A stretch of DNA of 64,000 nucleotides from Octopus sinensis (Eukaryota): positions 49,352,001 through 49,416,000 of the forward strand of contig NC_043000.1 in NCBI RefSeq assembly GCF_006345805.1, written 5' to 3'. Under the pieces are notes generated by a model that saw only the letters and a list, made by a program, of their open reading frames with translations, made no database searches and had not been told where the DNA came from. A program made the position numbers and the translations under genes. Of the stretch, positions 1 through 13,424 are shown piece after piece (position 1 is the stretch's first letter; the number at the start of each line of letters is the position of its first letter).

Positions 1-116
1 ACGCATTGTGCAACAAAATGGCTTATATTTGGTTGAATAAAAATGTAATGGCAAATATTTATTGACCTTTTTCTTTTCCTTTAAAAATCGGCACGAACTT
101 TCCGGACAACCCAATA
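1..116 (+). mobile_element. Mariner 3' end with right TIR, truncated by the window start
   Basis: Near reverse complement of 41086-41200. Ends in GGCACGAACTTTCCGGACAACCCAATA, a mariner-type TIR followed by TA. Confidence 0.85.
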
Positions 117-175
117 TATTTTCATCTTGGTCTGTTTGTCAATCATTCTAGATGTTTACTTCTCACTCTCCCTTC

Positions 176-222
<47 letters not shown>

Positions 223-237
223 GCCCTGTGTTTATGC

Positions 238-457
238 GGGTGTATGACTTAGTGGTTAGGATGCTGCACTCACGATCTATCGATCGTGATTTCAGTTTCT
301 AGACTAGATGGTGCACTGTGTTCTTGAGTAAAACGCTTCATCTCTCGTTGCTCTGCGATCACTTCGATCACGGACTCGTTGTACATCGTGCACCTGTTCA
401 GACAAGGTCGATTTGTTGGAGAGAGTGAGCTAATGTACGGCACGAACATTTGAATAC
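238..457 (+). mobile_element. Degenerate tRNA-derived SINE (family D-type tail)
   Basis: A-box-like TGACTTAGTGG, B-box-like region, and a central GTTCTTGAGTAAAACGCTT motif shared with family C heads. Confidence 0.55.
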
Positions 458-458
458 T

Positions 459-830
459 AGGAGTGGCTGTGTGGTGAGTAGCTTGTTTACCGACCACATG
501 GTCCGGGTTCAGTCCCACTGTGTGTCACCTGGGACAAGTGTCTTCTACTATAGCCTCGGGTCGACCAAAGCCTTGTGAGTGGGTTTGGTAGACGGAAATT
601 GAAAGAAGCCCGTTGTATATATGTATATATATGTCTGTGTGTATATATGTTTGTGTGTCTGTGTTTGTCCCTCCAACATCGCTTGACAACCGATGCTGGT
701 GTGTTTACGTACCCGTAACTTAGCGGTTCGGCAAAAGAGTTCGATAGAATAAGTACTAGGCTTACAAAGAATAAGTCCTGGGGTCGATTTACTTGACTAA
801 AGGCAGTGCTCCAGCATGGCCATTGAAACA
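459..830 (+). mobile_element. tRNA-derived SINE family A
   Basis: GGAGTGGCTGTGTGG head, GGGTTCAGTCCC B-box, internal (TA)n(TG)n and GTGCTCCAGCATGGCC tail. Many copies occur in this window. Confidence 0.9.
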
Positions 831-948
831 GATTATTAATGAAACAGATTAAATGTAGCATTTTATATGTATTGAGTCCTTTCTCAGTTAATATTAAGCT
901 GGAATTTTTATGTATACTTTGGTGCGCGTGTGTGTGTGTGTGTGTAAT

Positions 949-1020
949 GTGAAGGCGCGTGGCTTAGTGGTTAGGGCATTCGGCTCATGATTGTAAGGTC
1001 CTGAGTTCAGTTCCCAGCGT
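949..1020 (+). mobile_element. SINE family C, tRNA head only
   Basis: GTGAAGGCGCGTGGCTTAGTGGTTAGGGCATTCGGCTCA is nearly identical to the head at 36059. Confidence 0.8.
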
Positions 1021-1741
1021 GTGCGTGTGTTTGTGTGTGTGCTTTATCAGAATCTAGGAATACGCCAAAATATATTTTGTTTTCTTCGAAGGTTTATCAA
1101 GGATTAGATTAGTAAGAGAAGGCTCCTTGTATAAAATATCTCGACAGAAAGGAAAGAAATATAACCATATCAGTCGGGTTAACCATGTTATTATGAAGTG
1201 GCAAACCTAGGACTTTATGTGTTTCGCTTCTCCTCTATATCCTTCCTATCTCAGTATTTTTTTAAATCCATATTTCCTTCTCGTTCTCAGTTTTCCTTGT
1301 TTTCTTTCTATTTTACCGTATTCTTTATGGCACCTGATCTATGATTTTAACTAATTTGACTTCATGTTCACTTAGTCAAAAGGAGAACGGCAGTTTCTAT
1401 TAAAATTTTTTTTTCATTATCTTTTGAGATTAGGTCCATTTCTCCAGATATAGAAAATACTTCAACAAACGATAAGATAACCCTTCTTGTAGAAAGCCCT
1501 AACATGCAACATAAAATATCTAAGGAACCGGCATAGAGTAATAAATAAACCGCTGCACCAGCCTAAATAAACTGCTACACTCTACTATGTTAGACAATAT
1601 ATTTACGTTATTTAGAAACTACCGCACAAACTCACACACACACACACATACACAAGAGGAGACAAATGGGTCACAAAGTTGTTGAAGTGGTCACAGTATG
1701 TGTGACGAAAGAACTTTCGTCACACATATGTGACAAGTAAA

Positions 1742-1742
1742 C

Positions 1743-1830
<88 letters not shown>

Positions 1831-1847
1831 AAGAAGAAGAAGAAGAA
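1742..1847. repeat. Compound microsatellite (AAT)n(AAG)n
   Basis: Seen directly. Confidence 0.95.
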
Positions 1848-1904
1848 CGTGAAAATTAAATGGCAAAAGATGACCATCTCCAAGTACAACAATGTGTGTG
1901 TATG

Positions 1905-1941
<37 letters not shown>

Positions 1942-1944
<3 letters not shown>

Positions 1945-2238
1945 CGTGACCGACCAGGCTATCAGATGTTGCTACACATCGCTGGTCAAAATGCGCTTCG
2001 CATTGCCTTACCCTTCAAATGACGCCACCTCTCTGGCTAAGCGAGCAGGCCAACAGAAGAAAGAGTGAGAGAGAGTTGTGGTGAAAGAGTACAGCAAGGA
2101 TCGCCACCACCCCTGCCGGAGCCTCTTGGAGCTTTAGGTGTTTTCGCTCAATAAACACTCACAACGCCCGGTCTGGGAATCGAAACCGCGATTCTACAAC
2201 CTCGAGTCCGCTGCCCTAACCACTATCCCATTGCGCCT
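1942..2238 (-). mobile_element. tRNA-Arg-like SINE family E
   Basis: Head matches 35440 in reverse (AGGCGCAATGG...GGTTTCGATTCCCAGACCGGGCG) but has a different 3' tail ending at (TA)n. Confidence 0.85.
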
Positions 2239-2306
2239 ACACACACACACACACACACACACTTATATATATATATATATATATATATCTATATATATAT
2301 AATATA

Positions 2307-2377
<71 letters not shown>

Positions 2378-2736
2378 GTGAATTGCACTCATACAAGCAA
2401 GTATATGCTCTTCAACACATCCACACAATCTGACATGAAACTATGAAACATCTATTCAAATAGAAAGAATCAAAAACTGATTGAAACCTTCTCAAGAAAT
2501 GGTTAAGCTTTAGTGACACAATATAAAAGAGACATTTTTTTTATTTACTTAAGTTACTTAAATCTGAAGGAAATATCGCTTAAGCGCTGCGTGGCTTAAA
2601 TAAATAGCATTAAACGACGATCATCTTCATGAAAAAATAGTGTCAGACCAAGGGAGATTACTACATTAATTTCAAATTGACAGAGTTATTTTTCAGAATA
2701 GAACTGTGGGCATTCCAGTGCATGAACGCATGCATG

Positions 2737-2823
2737 CATACATACATACATACATACATACATACATACATACATACATACATACATACATACATACATA
2801 CATACATACATACATACATACAT
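2737..2823. repeat. (TACA)n microsatellite
   Basis: Seen directly. Confidence 0.95.
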
Positions 2824-3206
2824 GTATACAGAGCCAAGCCATCATCTGCGCTGTAAAGATTTACAAAACTTTCTCAGAAGTTTATCATTTAAGTATATAA
2901 ATGTGCATATCTAGACGTGCACCTATATGCATGAGATTATACACATAAAACAAAACATACAAATTTGCACATGCACTGACTCCAAACACTGCACATATAC
3001 ACAAACATACATGCGAAACCATCCTGTTGATGTTGTTGAAATTCCAATGAAGGGACCTTAGATCCATATTAGAAACCGGTTCCTTTTATATCGTGTATGT
3101 GTGTGTGCGCGCGTGCGTAGTATGTCTGTGCGTATATGCGTGCGTTTAGGGTGAGAGAGATACATTTAGACAACAAATATTACAACAGTCAAGACATGAA
3201 AATAAA

Positions 3207-3362
3207 GAGTGGTAAGTAGCTTGCTAACCAACCACATGGTTCCGGGTTCAGTCCCACTGCGTGGCATCTTGGGCAAGTGTCTTCTACTATAGCCCCGGGC
3301 CGACCAATGCCTTGTGAGTGGATTTGGTAGACGGAAACTGAAAGAAGCCTGTCGTATATATG

Positions 3363-3395
<33 letters not shown>

Positions 3396-3617
3396 GTGTG
3401 TTTGTGTGTCTGTGTTTGTCCCTCTAGCATTGCTTGACAACCGATGCTGGTGTGTTTACGTCCCCGTCACTTAGCGGTTCGGCAAAAGAGACCGATAGAA
3501 TAAGTACTGGGCTTACAAAGAATAAGTCCCGGGGTCGATTTGCTCGACTATAGGCGGTGCTCCAGCATGGCCGCAGTCAAATGACTGAAACAAGTAAAAG
3601 AGTAAAAGAGTAAAGAG
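3207..3617 (+). mobile_element. SINE family A, slightly 5'-truncated
   Basis: High identity to 23654-24097, with an AGTAAAAG tandem tail. Confidence 0.9.
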
Positions 3618-3720
3618 AACTTTGATACTACAGAAACCAACGGGAAAACTTCTGGGGTGTTTCTGTTTCTTTTCGAAAATTATTAAGCAAACAAAAATTT
3701 CAAGAACTAGTATTCACAAG

Positions 3721-5013
3721 TATTAAGTCGTCAAGTATGAAATTTGTAGTAAAGTATATGGTAAACTTTGACAGCTGCTCATTTTGAGCCATTATTATAT
3801 TTTGACAATCTTTATTTTTTATTAGAAGGCTGACACATCTATTTTTTTAATTCTAACTCATTTCGCGCCTTATAAAGTATTTATAAATCGTTTTTTGCTT
3901 TTTTTTGTTTAGAGATGGATAAGTCGGAAATTCGTACAGTTTTGAAATATGAGTTCTTTCTTGGAAATACAGCATCACAGACAGCTCGGAATATTAATGG
4001 AGTATTTCATTATAATGTTATTAAACAGCAGACAGTATCATATTGGTTTGCAAAATTTTGTTCTGTTAACTTTGACCTGACCTCACAAATGAGCAACGTG
4101 GTTGAGCAGAAACAAAGGTGGATAATGACGAACTGAAAGCCATCCACACAATCTGACATGAAACTATGAAACATCTATTCAAATAGAAAGAATCAAGTGA
4201 GATCCATCTCAAAGTGCTCGTGAATTATCGTTGTTGCTTGCAAGCAAACAATATTGATTCACCTAGTTCAAATCAGTAAAGTGAAAAAGCTGGATAAATG
4301 GGTTCCACATGAACTCAATGAAAATCAGAAACAGCAACGTTTGGAAACCTGCATTATGCTACTTTCTCATCGCAAAAATGAATTATTTTTGAATCGAATT
4401 GTAAATATGTGATGAGAAATGGATCCAGTACAAAAACCGTAAACGTTCAGCACAATGGTTGGATAAGGACGAGACATCAAAACACAGTCCACAAAGCAAA
4501 ATTCATCAAAAGAAGCTGATGGTGTGTGTTTGGTGGTCTGTGATTTCATTAAACCTGGCTCATCAATCACAGCCGAAGTTTATTGCAGCCAGCTGGACCA
4601 AATGATACAGAAACTTACAAAAAACAGCCTAGTTTAGTCAACTGATCCACTCCTATTTTATTGCAAGAAAACGCCAGACCACACATCGAAAAAACATTCG
4701 CAAAACTACAGAATTTGGAGTTGGAAGTTCTCCATCATCCACTATACTCACCTGATCTTGCCTCCGCTGACTACAACTTCTTCCAGAATTTGGATAACTT
4801 TTTGACAGGAAAAAAATTTAATCCCGACGATGATGTAAAACAGGCTACTAAGATTTTATTGACTCAAGATTGGACAAGCTACCGTTGAAATGGCAAAAGT
4901 ATATTGACAATATGGGCGCATACTTTGATGAATAAAACTATTCTTTGTATTTATAACACATTAGTAAACTTGTTTTTTTCTATTCTACAAATTTCTTACT
5001 TGACGACCCAATA
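3721..5013 (+). mobile_element. Full-length (1293 bp) mariner with a disrupted transposase
   Basis: TIRs TATTAAGTCGTCAAGTATGAAATTTGTAG and CTACAAATTTCTTACTTGACGACCCAATA. Peptides MDKSEIRTVLKYEF, WVPHEL, DEKW, QENARPH and HPLYSPDLASADY lie in broken frames. Confidence 0.92.
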
Positions 5014-6152
5014 TCACATATAAATACACTCACCGGCCACTCTATACCTGTTAATGATAAATATATAATCTTAAAAATGTAATAGAGTGTGTGTGCTTAA
5101 ATAATACTACGCCATATTCTATTGCACTAAATGTATATGAAATTTTCAGACACCAATCTGTGTGCATTCATATGCTTGCACAGAGGTCAAACTATTTATT
5201 ACTTCATATTAGAATCAGAGAATATGATTCACATACATTCAAATGAAATATATAAATTTTGTATTCCAGTACACTACGGTGTAAAAAAATATAAATACAA
5301 AATATTAATGTGCAAAATACGAGATGAAAAAATACAAAACAAACACAATATTAATAACACTGTGTCATAATATTTGTGCACAAATAAAATTATATGAAAG
5401 AACACAAATATAAATGGGAAAGTTTGAGCAGGACACCTGTCAGTAATAAACATAAAATTAGAAATAAAACTAGAATATGGTTACAAATACTCAGCTCATA
5501 TTAAATGGTTTGTGAGTACAAATAGAGAAACTTGCATGATACTTTTAATGTGTTATGAAATTTTCTATATGTTTGTACTCAATTTGCTTGATATGAATTT
5601 GTAGCTGAACTCTAGTTTTTGTATGTAATCTCGGTCACATAAATGTTTCATTGAAGTAGCACAACTGTTGGTTTTTCCTACAATATTTCTTCTTTAGGAC
5701 TGTACTCTTGAGAAAGAACTCAGCGACGCACGACTGAAGGATTGTAAAGGCAAACCTATTTGAATGGGAGAGTAAAATAGTATATCAAGAGCAACACTAT
5801 CTCGTTGTGTCTATCTTCTTTCCTATTTAATTCTACATCTTACTTTCAACTACCTTCTAAGATTTCCTCATTCACTTGCTTTCACCTTGTCTGCTTAAAC
5901 TGATCTCTCTTACCTTAACCTTATACTGCGCCTTGCTTCTGTCCTTTCTCTGAGTGCGTATATGTATGCATGGTTATTTGTAACTATGCGTATATGTGCG
6001 TGTATTTGTGTGCTTATGATTTTGGTGAGTAAATCTATTATTCGTTCTCCGATGGAAATTTGACACGTCGAAAATTGTATACCATAGTCTTGCCACAATA
6101 CCGAAGAACCAAAAGTTAGTATGTGCGTCTGTGTGTGTGCTTGTGTGTTTTC

Positions 6153-6188
<36 letters not shown>

Positions 6189-6477
6189 AATCGTGTGCAA
6201 ATCGATGTTATTTATAAACTGGAATAGATAGTTTTTTGGTTTCTTTTTCTTTTTCCATAGGTTTTGCAATAGCTGCCAAAAAGTGTGCTTACTGGACACC
6301 AAATTGCAGTAGCGTGACAGTTCCGATAAGCTTGCTACTATATTCATTATTGTTCGTTCCAACTAAATTTAAACAAAGTGTCCAAGAGTTCAAAATAATA
6401 TTTTACATGTAATTCTGATAACATGATAAGATATTTTTTGATGCCTACTTTTGATATTGTTTATATTATGTGCGTGC

Positions 6478-6614
6478 AGATAGATAGATAGATAGATAGA
6501 TAGATATAGATAGATAGATACATACATACATACATACATACATACATACATACATACATACATACATACATACATACATACATACATACATACATACATA
6601 CATACATACATACA
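6478..6614. repeat. Compound microsatellite (AGAT)n(ACAT)n
   Basis: Seen directly. Confidence 0.95.
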
Positions 6615-7257
6615 TGTGTGTTTGTATGTATTACGTGTATTGCTTTTTGTTGTTTTCGCTTTTTGGTTTTTGATATTTTATTTATTTTATTTCCACCTGA
6701 AAAGTTTCCCAGCAAACTCATTTTCATACATAAACTACCAAATTACTATAATAAATAGATTTTTTTCTTTTGTTTTTCTTTCCTCTTTTTTATTCTTAAA
6801 TGGGACACATGTTGCAGAATTATATTATTCGTTATTGCTTTTGATTTTTTTTTATTGTTTTTCTTTTTTTGTCTTCCATCGATTTAGTCTATTCTCTCAG
6901 TTTCTTTATCAGACAAATAAGGCAAATAAGAAATATTGATTCACTGACTTGTGTGTGGTTTATTAGGACAATGTAATGTGGTAGCAATACAACGACTCCA
7001 AATCGAAAATATTTTTTCCTTTAAATCAAACATACTTTTAGCTAATGACATTTCAATGAATCTTGATGATTGAATATATATATATATATACATACATATA
7101 TATATATATTATATATATATATGTATATATAATATATATATATATAATATGGATATATATATATATATATATATATATAATACATACGTACATATAGATA
7201 GATGTGTGATTTTTTGTATGTCTATATATATTACATATATAAAGACACCTACATGCT

Positions 7258-7308
<51 letters not shown>

Positions 7309-8239
7309 ATATCCATACATATAAACACACAGACACACGCGCGCATATGTGTGTGTGTGTGTTAAAACATCAAGTTTTGTTATCATATGTCTCGTCGGGT
7401 AATATTCTCTTGTTCCCACTTTATATATTAAGATATAATTTATTTTCAAAACAATCTGTTACAATTCAGCTCTTCACGATGTTTAACGTTGGTTACCATT
7501 GGCTGTTCCATGTTTATATTATGGATGTGCGTGCGTGTGCGCGCGTGAGCACCTGTGAGCGGTCTAATAATAATTGATGTAGACGCATCTTATAAATATT
7601 TCGAACTGCTTTTGTGCAACCGAACCCTTATAGGAAAAGAATTAAATCAATTTTCTATGTATCTCTATATGTAATCATTCTGAGTAAAAACGAAAAAGAC
7701 TGGTGTTTTTTTTTTGTTTTTTTTAGGTAGGACAGCTTGGCGTTTTTGTTTTCATTAAGGTACAGTTTGATTTTGGGCTTTTCTATAAAGTCATGTTCTA
7801 TCAGTATTTTAGAATAGAATCGATGGGATGCCGTTGCAGTGTCTAAAGAAGTATTTTCGCTTATGCGAGCATGAAGAAATTAGCTCGGTGCGCTTATTTA
7901 ATGTTTTAGTACGGTATTTTAAAATATAAATTCCTCCAGAATACGTAAACTATCGGAACTAAGATTTTCTGTAAGATATTATTTTGTCTCAGGCGCTTCT
8001 TCTAACAACGTACATTAAACTATTATTCTTCAAGACCAGATATGTGTCACTGAACTTGTGTGGAGTTATCGACCTAATGTTCTAACGACATAATCACGTC
8101 GATAACATCTAATCGTCCGAAGTTGATTTACTGATAATACGATGTAAAAACAAATAGGAAATAGTTTATTTTTACAATTATACAGCAGGTTCCATTTTAA
8201 ATTATAATATTTAAACAAACAGAAAGAGAAAAAGGAAAA

Positions 8240-8790
8240 GAAAGAAAAAGTGGTACAGCAACAGAAGACGGAGGGTAGGGGTGATGGGCTACACATCCCG
8301 AAACAAATTGGTGTGCTCAGCTGTACCCCACAGTAATTACCATAATGGCGTTGCCGCGGAAAATGGCTCGCGAAACTAGTTGCCACTGCCTCTCCACCTT
8401 TCGGGACTCATTTCTCTCTGGCTGCTATTAGATTGTTTTACTTATTGATTTTTCTCTGCTCCGCGTTAAGAGCGGCGACACCTGGACTTGCAACCAATGC
8501 AGCCTTCCTCGAATGGGAAGAGGGTAATTCTGTCGGGGTGCCTACCGTCCCCGTGGTCGAGACCTACTGGCTCCTGCTGAGACGGGAAGTCAGCTGCGTC
8601 GAGGCTTCTTCTAGTTACGACATTTAAAGCGGCGTGTTCAGGGAATAGGCCCGCGCTATAAGGCTGCAGGATAATGGATGTAGGCCGAATTCATATACGA
8701 CCTCCAGACAACTACATTTGTGTGATTCACTCACGCAGAAGCCAAGACCTTGAACCACACCAATATGAGTGCACTCATCATCTAGAAGGG
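8240..8790 (-). mobile_element. 3' remnant of a CRE-like non-LTR retrotransposon (zinc knuckle plus restriction-like endonuclease)
   Basis: Manual minus-strand translation across frameshifts gives HKCSC...GLHPLSC, HAALNVVTRRSLDAADFPSQQEPVGLDHGDGRHPDRITLFPF, AALNAEQRK and RGNA. This motif order matches CRE-clade C-termini. Confidence 0.7.
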
Positions 8791-9409
8791 TATCAGTAGA
8801 AGGCTAAGTAGAACCGCTGTTACATAGATAATGGGGGCGGGGTCTACGCAAGTGCCATTGAATGGATATACATTTGGCAAATAGAAATTACATTTTAGGT
8901 TGTTAATTTTATTTGGTTTCAGGTAATTACAGTCAATCATCATTTTCTTGTCATTAATGAATGATATTGTGTTAGCAAAGTGTTTTGGTGTTATGAAGCT
9001 TATTATGAATGAAATTTTAATTAAAAACCTTTTGTATTTCATGACTAGAAGAAAAGTGCAATTTTACAAAATGATAGATTATTTTCTTAATCAGAGCATT
9101 GTCTGAGTGTGATTTCCTTTAGCGTTTCCTCTTACTACAGTGTATGTGCTTGAAACTTCTCTGTGTCTCTGATTCCTAGGTTTATATCAAAAGTTCTGTA
9201 TTACGTTTATTTTATAACTATTTTTTTTTCCTTCTTTCTTCAAATTTTCTTCCTTTTCTCGCCGAGTGTTTTCCGCACACCTAGGGCAGAGAAGCTCATT
9301 GTAAGCATTCCCAGATTACAGACGCAAATTCAAAGATAAAATACGTATTTTAAAAACAAATAATATATAAATTCATGAATGGATGTTCTTTTCACAGCGA
9401 TAATGCTTA

Positions 9410-9477
<68 letters not shown>

Positions 9478-9504
9478 AATAATAATAATAGTAGTAGTAG
9501 TAAT

Positions 9505-9628
9505 AAGGCAGCGAGTTGGCAGAATAGTAGAAAAGATTACTATTATTAAGCTAATCTAAGGCGGTAAGCTGGCAGAATCGTTAGCACGCTGGGCAAAATG
9601 CTTATTGGTATTTCGTCCGACTGTTGTT

Positions 9629-9695
<67 letters not shown>

Positions 9696-10140
9696 ATAAG
9701 GCGGCGAGTTAGCAGAATAGTAGAAACGATTACTATTATTAAGTTAATCTAAGGCGGCGAGCTGGCAGAAACGTTAGCACGCCGGGCGAAATGCTTAGCG
9801 GTATTTCGTCTGCGTTACGTTGTGAGTTCAAATTCCGCCGAGGTCGACTTTGCCTTTCATCCTTTCGGGGTCGATAAATTAAGTACCAGTTACGCGCTGG
9901 GGTCGATGTACTCGACTTAATACCTATGTCTGTCCTTGTTTGTGTTTAGCCCCTTGTGGGTAATAAAGAAATAGGTATTTCGTCCGACTTTACGTTCTGA
10001 GTTCAAGTTCCACCGTGGCCGACTTTGCCTGTCATCCCTTTCCAGTCAATAAAACAAATACTGGTTGAACACTGGTGTTGACGTAATCGACTTACTCCCT
10101 CCTCAACATTGTTGGCCGTGTGCCAACATTTGAAATCATT
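9505..10140 (+). mobile_element. Cluster of SINE family B heads plus one complete B copy with a second partial unit
   Basis: AAGGCGGCGAGCTGGCAGAA head and CCTTTCATCCTTTCGGGGTCGATAAA..AGTACCAG central domain. Confidence 0.88.
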
Positions 10141-10504
10141 ATTAAGTGAATCTGTTTTTCATGTGATTATTTGTATTAGATATTTCTGAGAGTAGGATAA
10201 TATTTAGCAAAATATAAGGGCTTTTAAAAGTAGTTGCTCAGAAATAGTTTATAACAAGAAAATGTATTTTTGTTTCTCATGAATGTTACACATTTATTCA
10301 ACTTATCGCTCTTGCATTGTTTTTTCAAAATGTTAATATGAAAATTCGCTGGATATCATTGTAAATCTTGTGTAGAATATTTTTACCTGATTTTTGACAC
10401 CTCTGTGTTTATTTGGTTTATCAGACAAGAATGGTATTAGCTTTAAATTTGCCTTACTGTCCTTGATAAAGGCATATGGTAGTTATATAGTAGAAACAGG
10501 ATAT

Positions 10505-10926
10505 AAGGCGGCGAGCTGGCAGAAACGTTAGCACGCCGGGTGAAATGCGTAGCCGTATTTCGTCTGCCGTTACGTTCTGAGTTCAAATTCCACCGAGGTC
10601 GACTTTGCCTTTCATCCTTTCGGGGTCGATAAATTAAGTACCAGTTACGCACTGGGGTCAATATAATCGACTTAATCCGTCTGTCTGTCCTTGTTTGCCC
10701 CCTCTGTGTTTAGCCCCTTGTGGGTAGTAAAGAAATACGTATTTCGTCTGCCGTTACGTTCTGAGTTCAAATTCCGCCGAGGTCGACTTTGCCTTTCATC
10801 CTTTCGGGGTCGATTAAATAAGTACCAGTAAGGCACTGGGGTCGGTGTAATCGACTTAATCCGTTTGTCTGTCCTTGTTTGTTCCCTCTACGTTTAGCCC
10901 CTTGTGGGCAATAAAGAAATAAGAAA
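10505..10926 (+). mobile_element. SINE family B, dimeric form
   Basis: Head plus body, then a second body restarting at GTATTTCGTCTGCCGTTACG. Confidence 0.9.
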
Positions 10927-11489
10927 CAGGAGTTGAGTTTCCCTTCCCATTAGCCTCTCAAAAATATAAATCACTCTTAGTAAAGTAGTTGTAATGCTAC
11001 TATGCCTGAAGCAAAACATAGAATAATGATGACTGGAATGCTTTTGATCGTAAACTATTGTCACATTCCCAAATGAGGAATATGAAATCGAACATACGTT
11101 GAATATTGATAGTTTAACTACTGTGTTAACAATATGGCTGAAGGAAGATACGCGAGGGAAGCGTATTACATATTAAATAGAAATACAGTAGCGTTTCACC
11201 TATGTAATACGGTGAAAACGGAATTAGTGCGTTAGCTTAGACTAAAAAAAAAATGCATACCTTAATTTGTGAATTTTAAATTTGTTTTCTAAATATATGA
11301 ATTTATTTTCCAACCTATTTCCATTTGCATAAGTCTGTATCTGTAAATTCATATCGTGATTAAAATCTTGCTTCTGCTTGACAGTGACATGTTCGTATCA
11401 ATTCATCTTTTCAAAGTTAGAAAATAGAATAACCTATGAGAAGAAAATGGCGACGTTTCTTCACCCTCTTCTTCCAACTTTTCTCCTCC

Positions 11490-11527
11490 TCTCATCATCA
11501 TCATCATCATCATGCTCTTTTCTTCTT

Positions 11528-11579
<52 letters not shown>

Positions 11580-11586
11580 CACCACC

Positions 11587-11642
<56 letters not shown>

Positions 11643-11730
11643 CACTACTACTACTGCTGCTGCTACTACTACTACTCTTACTACTTCTACTAATACTACT
11701 ACTACTACTAGATATCAACATCATCATACA
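11490..11730. repeat. Compound trinucleotide tract (TCA)(TTC)(TAC)(CAC)(TAC)(TGC)
   Basis: Seen directly. Confidence 0.95.
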
Positions 11731-12103
11731 TACTTACACACGTGTTTGTGTGTGTGTGTGGTGTGTGTGTGTGTCTGTATGATGCTGTTGATGAGGACTG
11801 TCTCCCGTTGTCCAAAAAAGAGAGTTTCACAACTTCTTGCTGAACAACATGCGCAAACGATTTGTTCATAATGATCAAATGTCTGTGCTGTACATTAGTT
11901 CACTCCCCTCCAGATCAACGATACCTGAACTGTGGATTATTTGTTAGGTGTTGAAGGGATCCTAGAACAGCGTGAGAGGAAGTGTTTTGCTCAATTACAC
12001 AACGCACCACTCGGTCTAGGAATTGAAACCACGATCTCGCTATCTCGAGTACAACATCCTTAAATACTAGAACATGTTAAAATGAATTAGTATTGAATTC
12101 ATT

Positions 12104-12432
12104 GGCGCAGGCGTGGCTTTGTGGTAAGAAGCTTGCTTCCAAACCACATGGTTCCGGGTTCAGTTCCACTGCGTGACACCTTGGGCAACTGCCTTCTACT
12201 ATAGCCTCGGACCGTCTAAAGCCTTGTAAGTGGATTTGGTAGACAGAAACTGAAAGAAGCCCGTCGTGTGTGTTTGTCCCCAGGTGTTTGTGTGTTTGAC
12301 AACAGGTGTTTGTGTGTTTACGTCCCCATAACATAGCGTTTCGGCCAAGAGACCGATAGAATGAGTACTAGGCTTAAGAAATAAACCATGGCTGTAGTCC
12401 ATAGACTGGAACAAGTAAAAGAATAAAAGAAT
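12104..12432 (+). mobile_element. SINE family A
   Basis: Family A head, body and tail are present. Confidence 0.88.
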
Positions 12433-12699
12433 TATATTAGAAATTTTAAGAACTTCATAAGTAAGCAACAGTCAAGATTTAAATAAGTGTATTCTATAGA
12501 TCTTTACCCACATACCTTAATTTCAAATTCAAACTTCTAATCCCGCCAAATATTATGAAGAAATGATTATCTCTCTAACATCAGCTATCCGCTAGGGATT
12601 CAAACATACATACATACAAACATACATACATACGTGTATACGTACAAACGTATATGTAAGCATGTATGTCTATGTTTGTGTATGTATATGTATGTCTAT

Positions 12700-12743
12700 A
12701 TAGACAGACAGATCACATACAGACAGACAGACAGACAGACAGG

Positions 12744-12832
<89 letters not shown>
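12700..12832. repeat. (AGAC)n(AGAT)n microsatellite
   Basis: Seen directly. Confidence 0.93.
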
Positions 12833-12834
<2 letters not shown>

Positions 12835-13424
12835 GAAGAAAGAAAGAAATACTATTGAAAATATTGAATCATATCTGTCTCCGGAGAGTAAGCCTAACGA
12901 TTCAGATACCAAAATTCAGATTAACCATTCCACCTCAGAATTTTTAAGAATGTCAAAACCGCATGGGGATTTGAAAATTGCATAGGATAATGTTTATTTG
13001 GCTATTTCAAGTCTCATTAATCTTTCCATCTTGAACATACAATCAGTATGACACAGAGAAACATTGAGGGGTTTCTTATTATTCATCCTTCCGAAAATCT
13101 CTTCATCTTTGAATTCTCTCAGCAGTTTTACATAAATAAACATGTTTATCTCAATGACTTCTAGTTGATTTTGACGTCATGTAACATTGCATAGCCAACA
13201 AAATCGAATATAATTTACTATTACGAGTTAAACTAAAAGAAGAAATATATGAGTAACCAGGCATATCTTTTGATGGCTTCAGTCTCTGGACTGCGGCCAT
13301 GCTAGGGCACCACCACATTCTGTATATATACCCTATTCCAGCTTGCTGCAACTTTAATGCTTCTCTTGGTTGAACCTACTTCCGGGAGGTAAAGTGACAC
13401 AGTATTTAAAATCATAAGCATATA

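Noticed and set aside
5698-6400. Acceptor-like sites at 5697 and about 6260 followed by short open frames (DCTLEKELSDARLK..., FAIAAKKCAYW...)
   Set aside because: There is no strong donor or recognisable protein, and polypyrimidine-AG sites are common by chance here.
8279-8312. Hammerhead-like GTGATGGG...CCCGAAAC
   Set aside because: The CUGANGA core is absent, and there is no stem I, stem III or NUH triplet.
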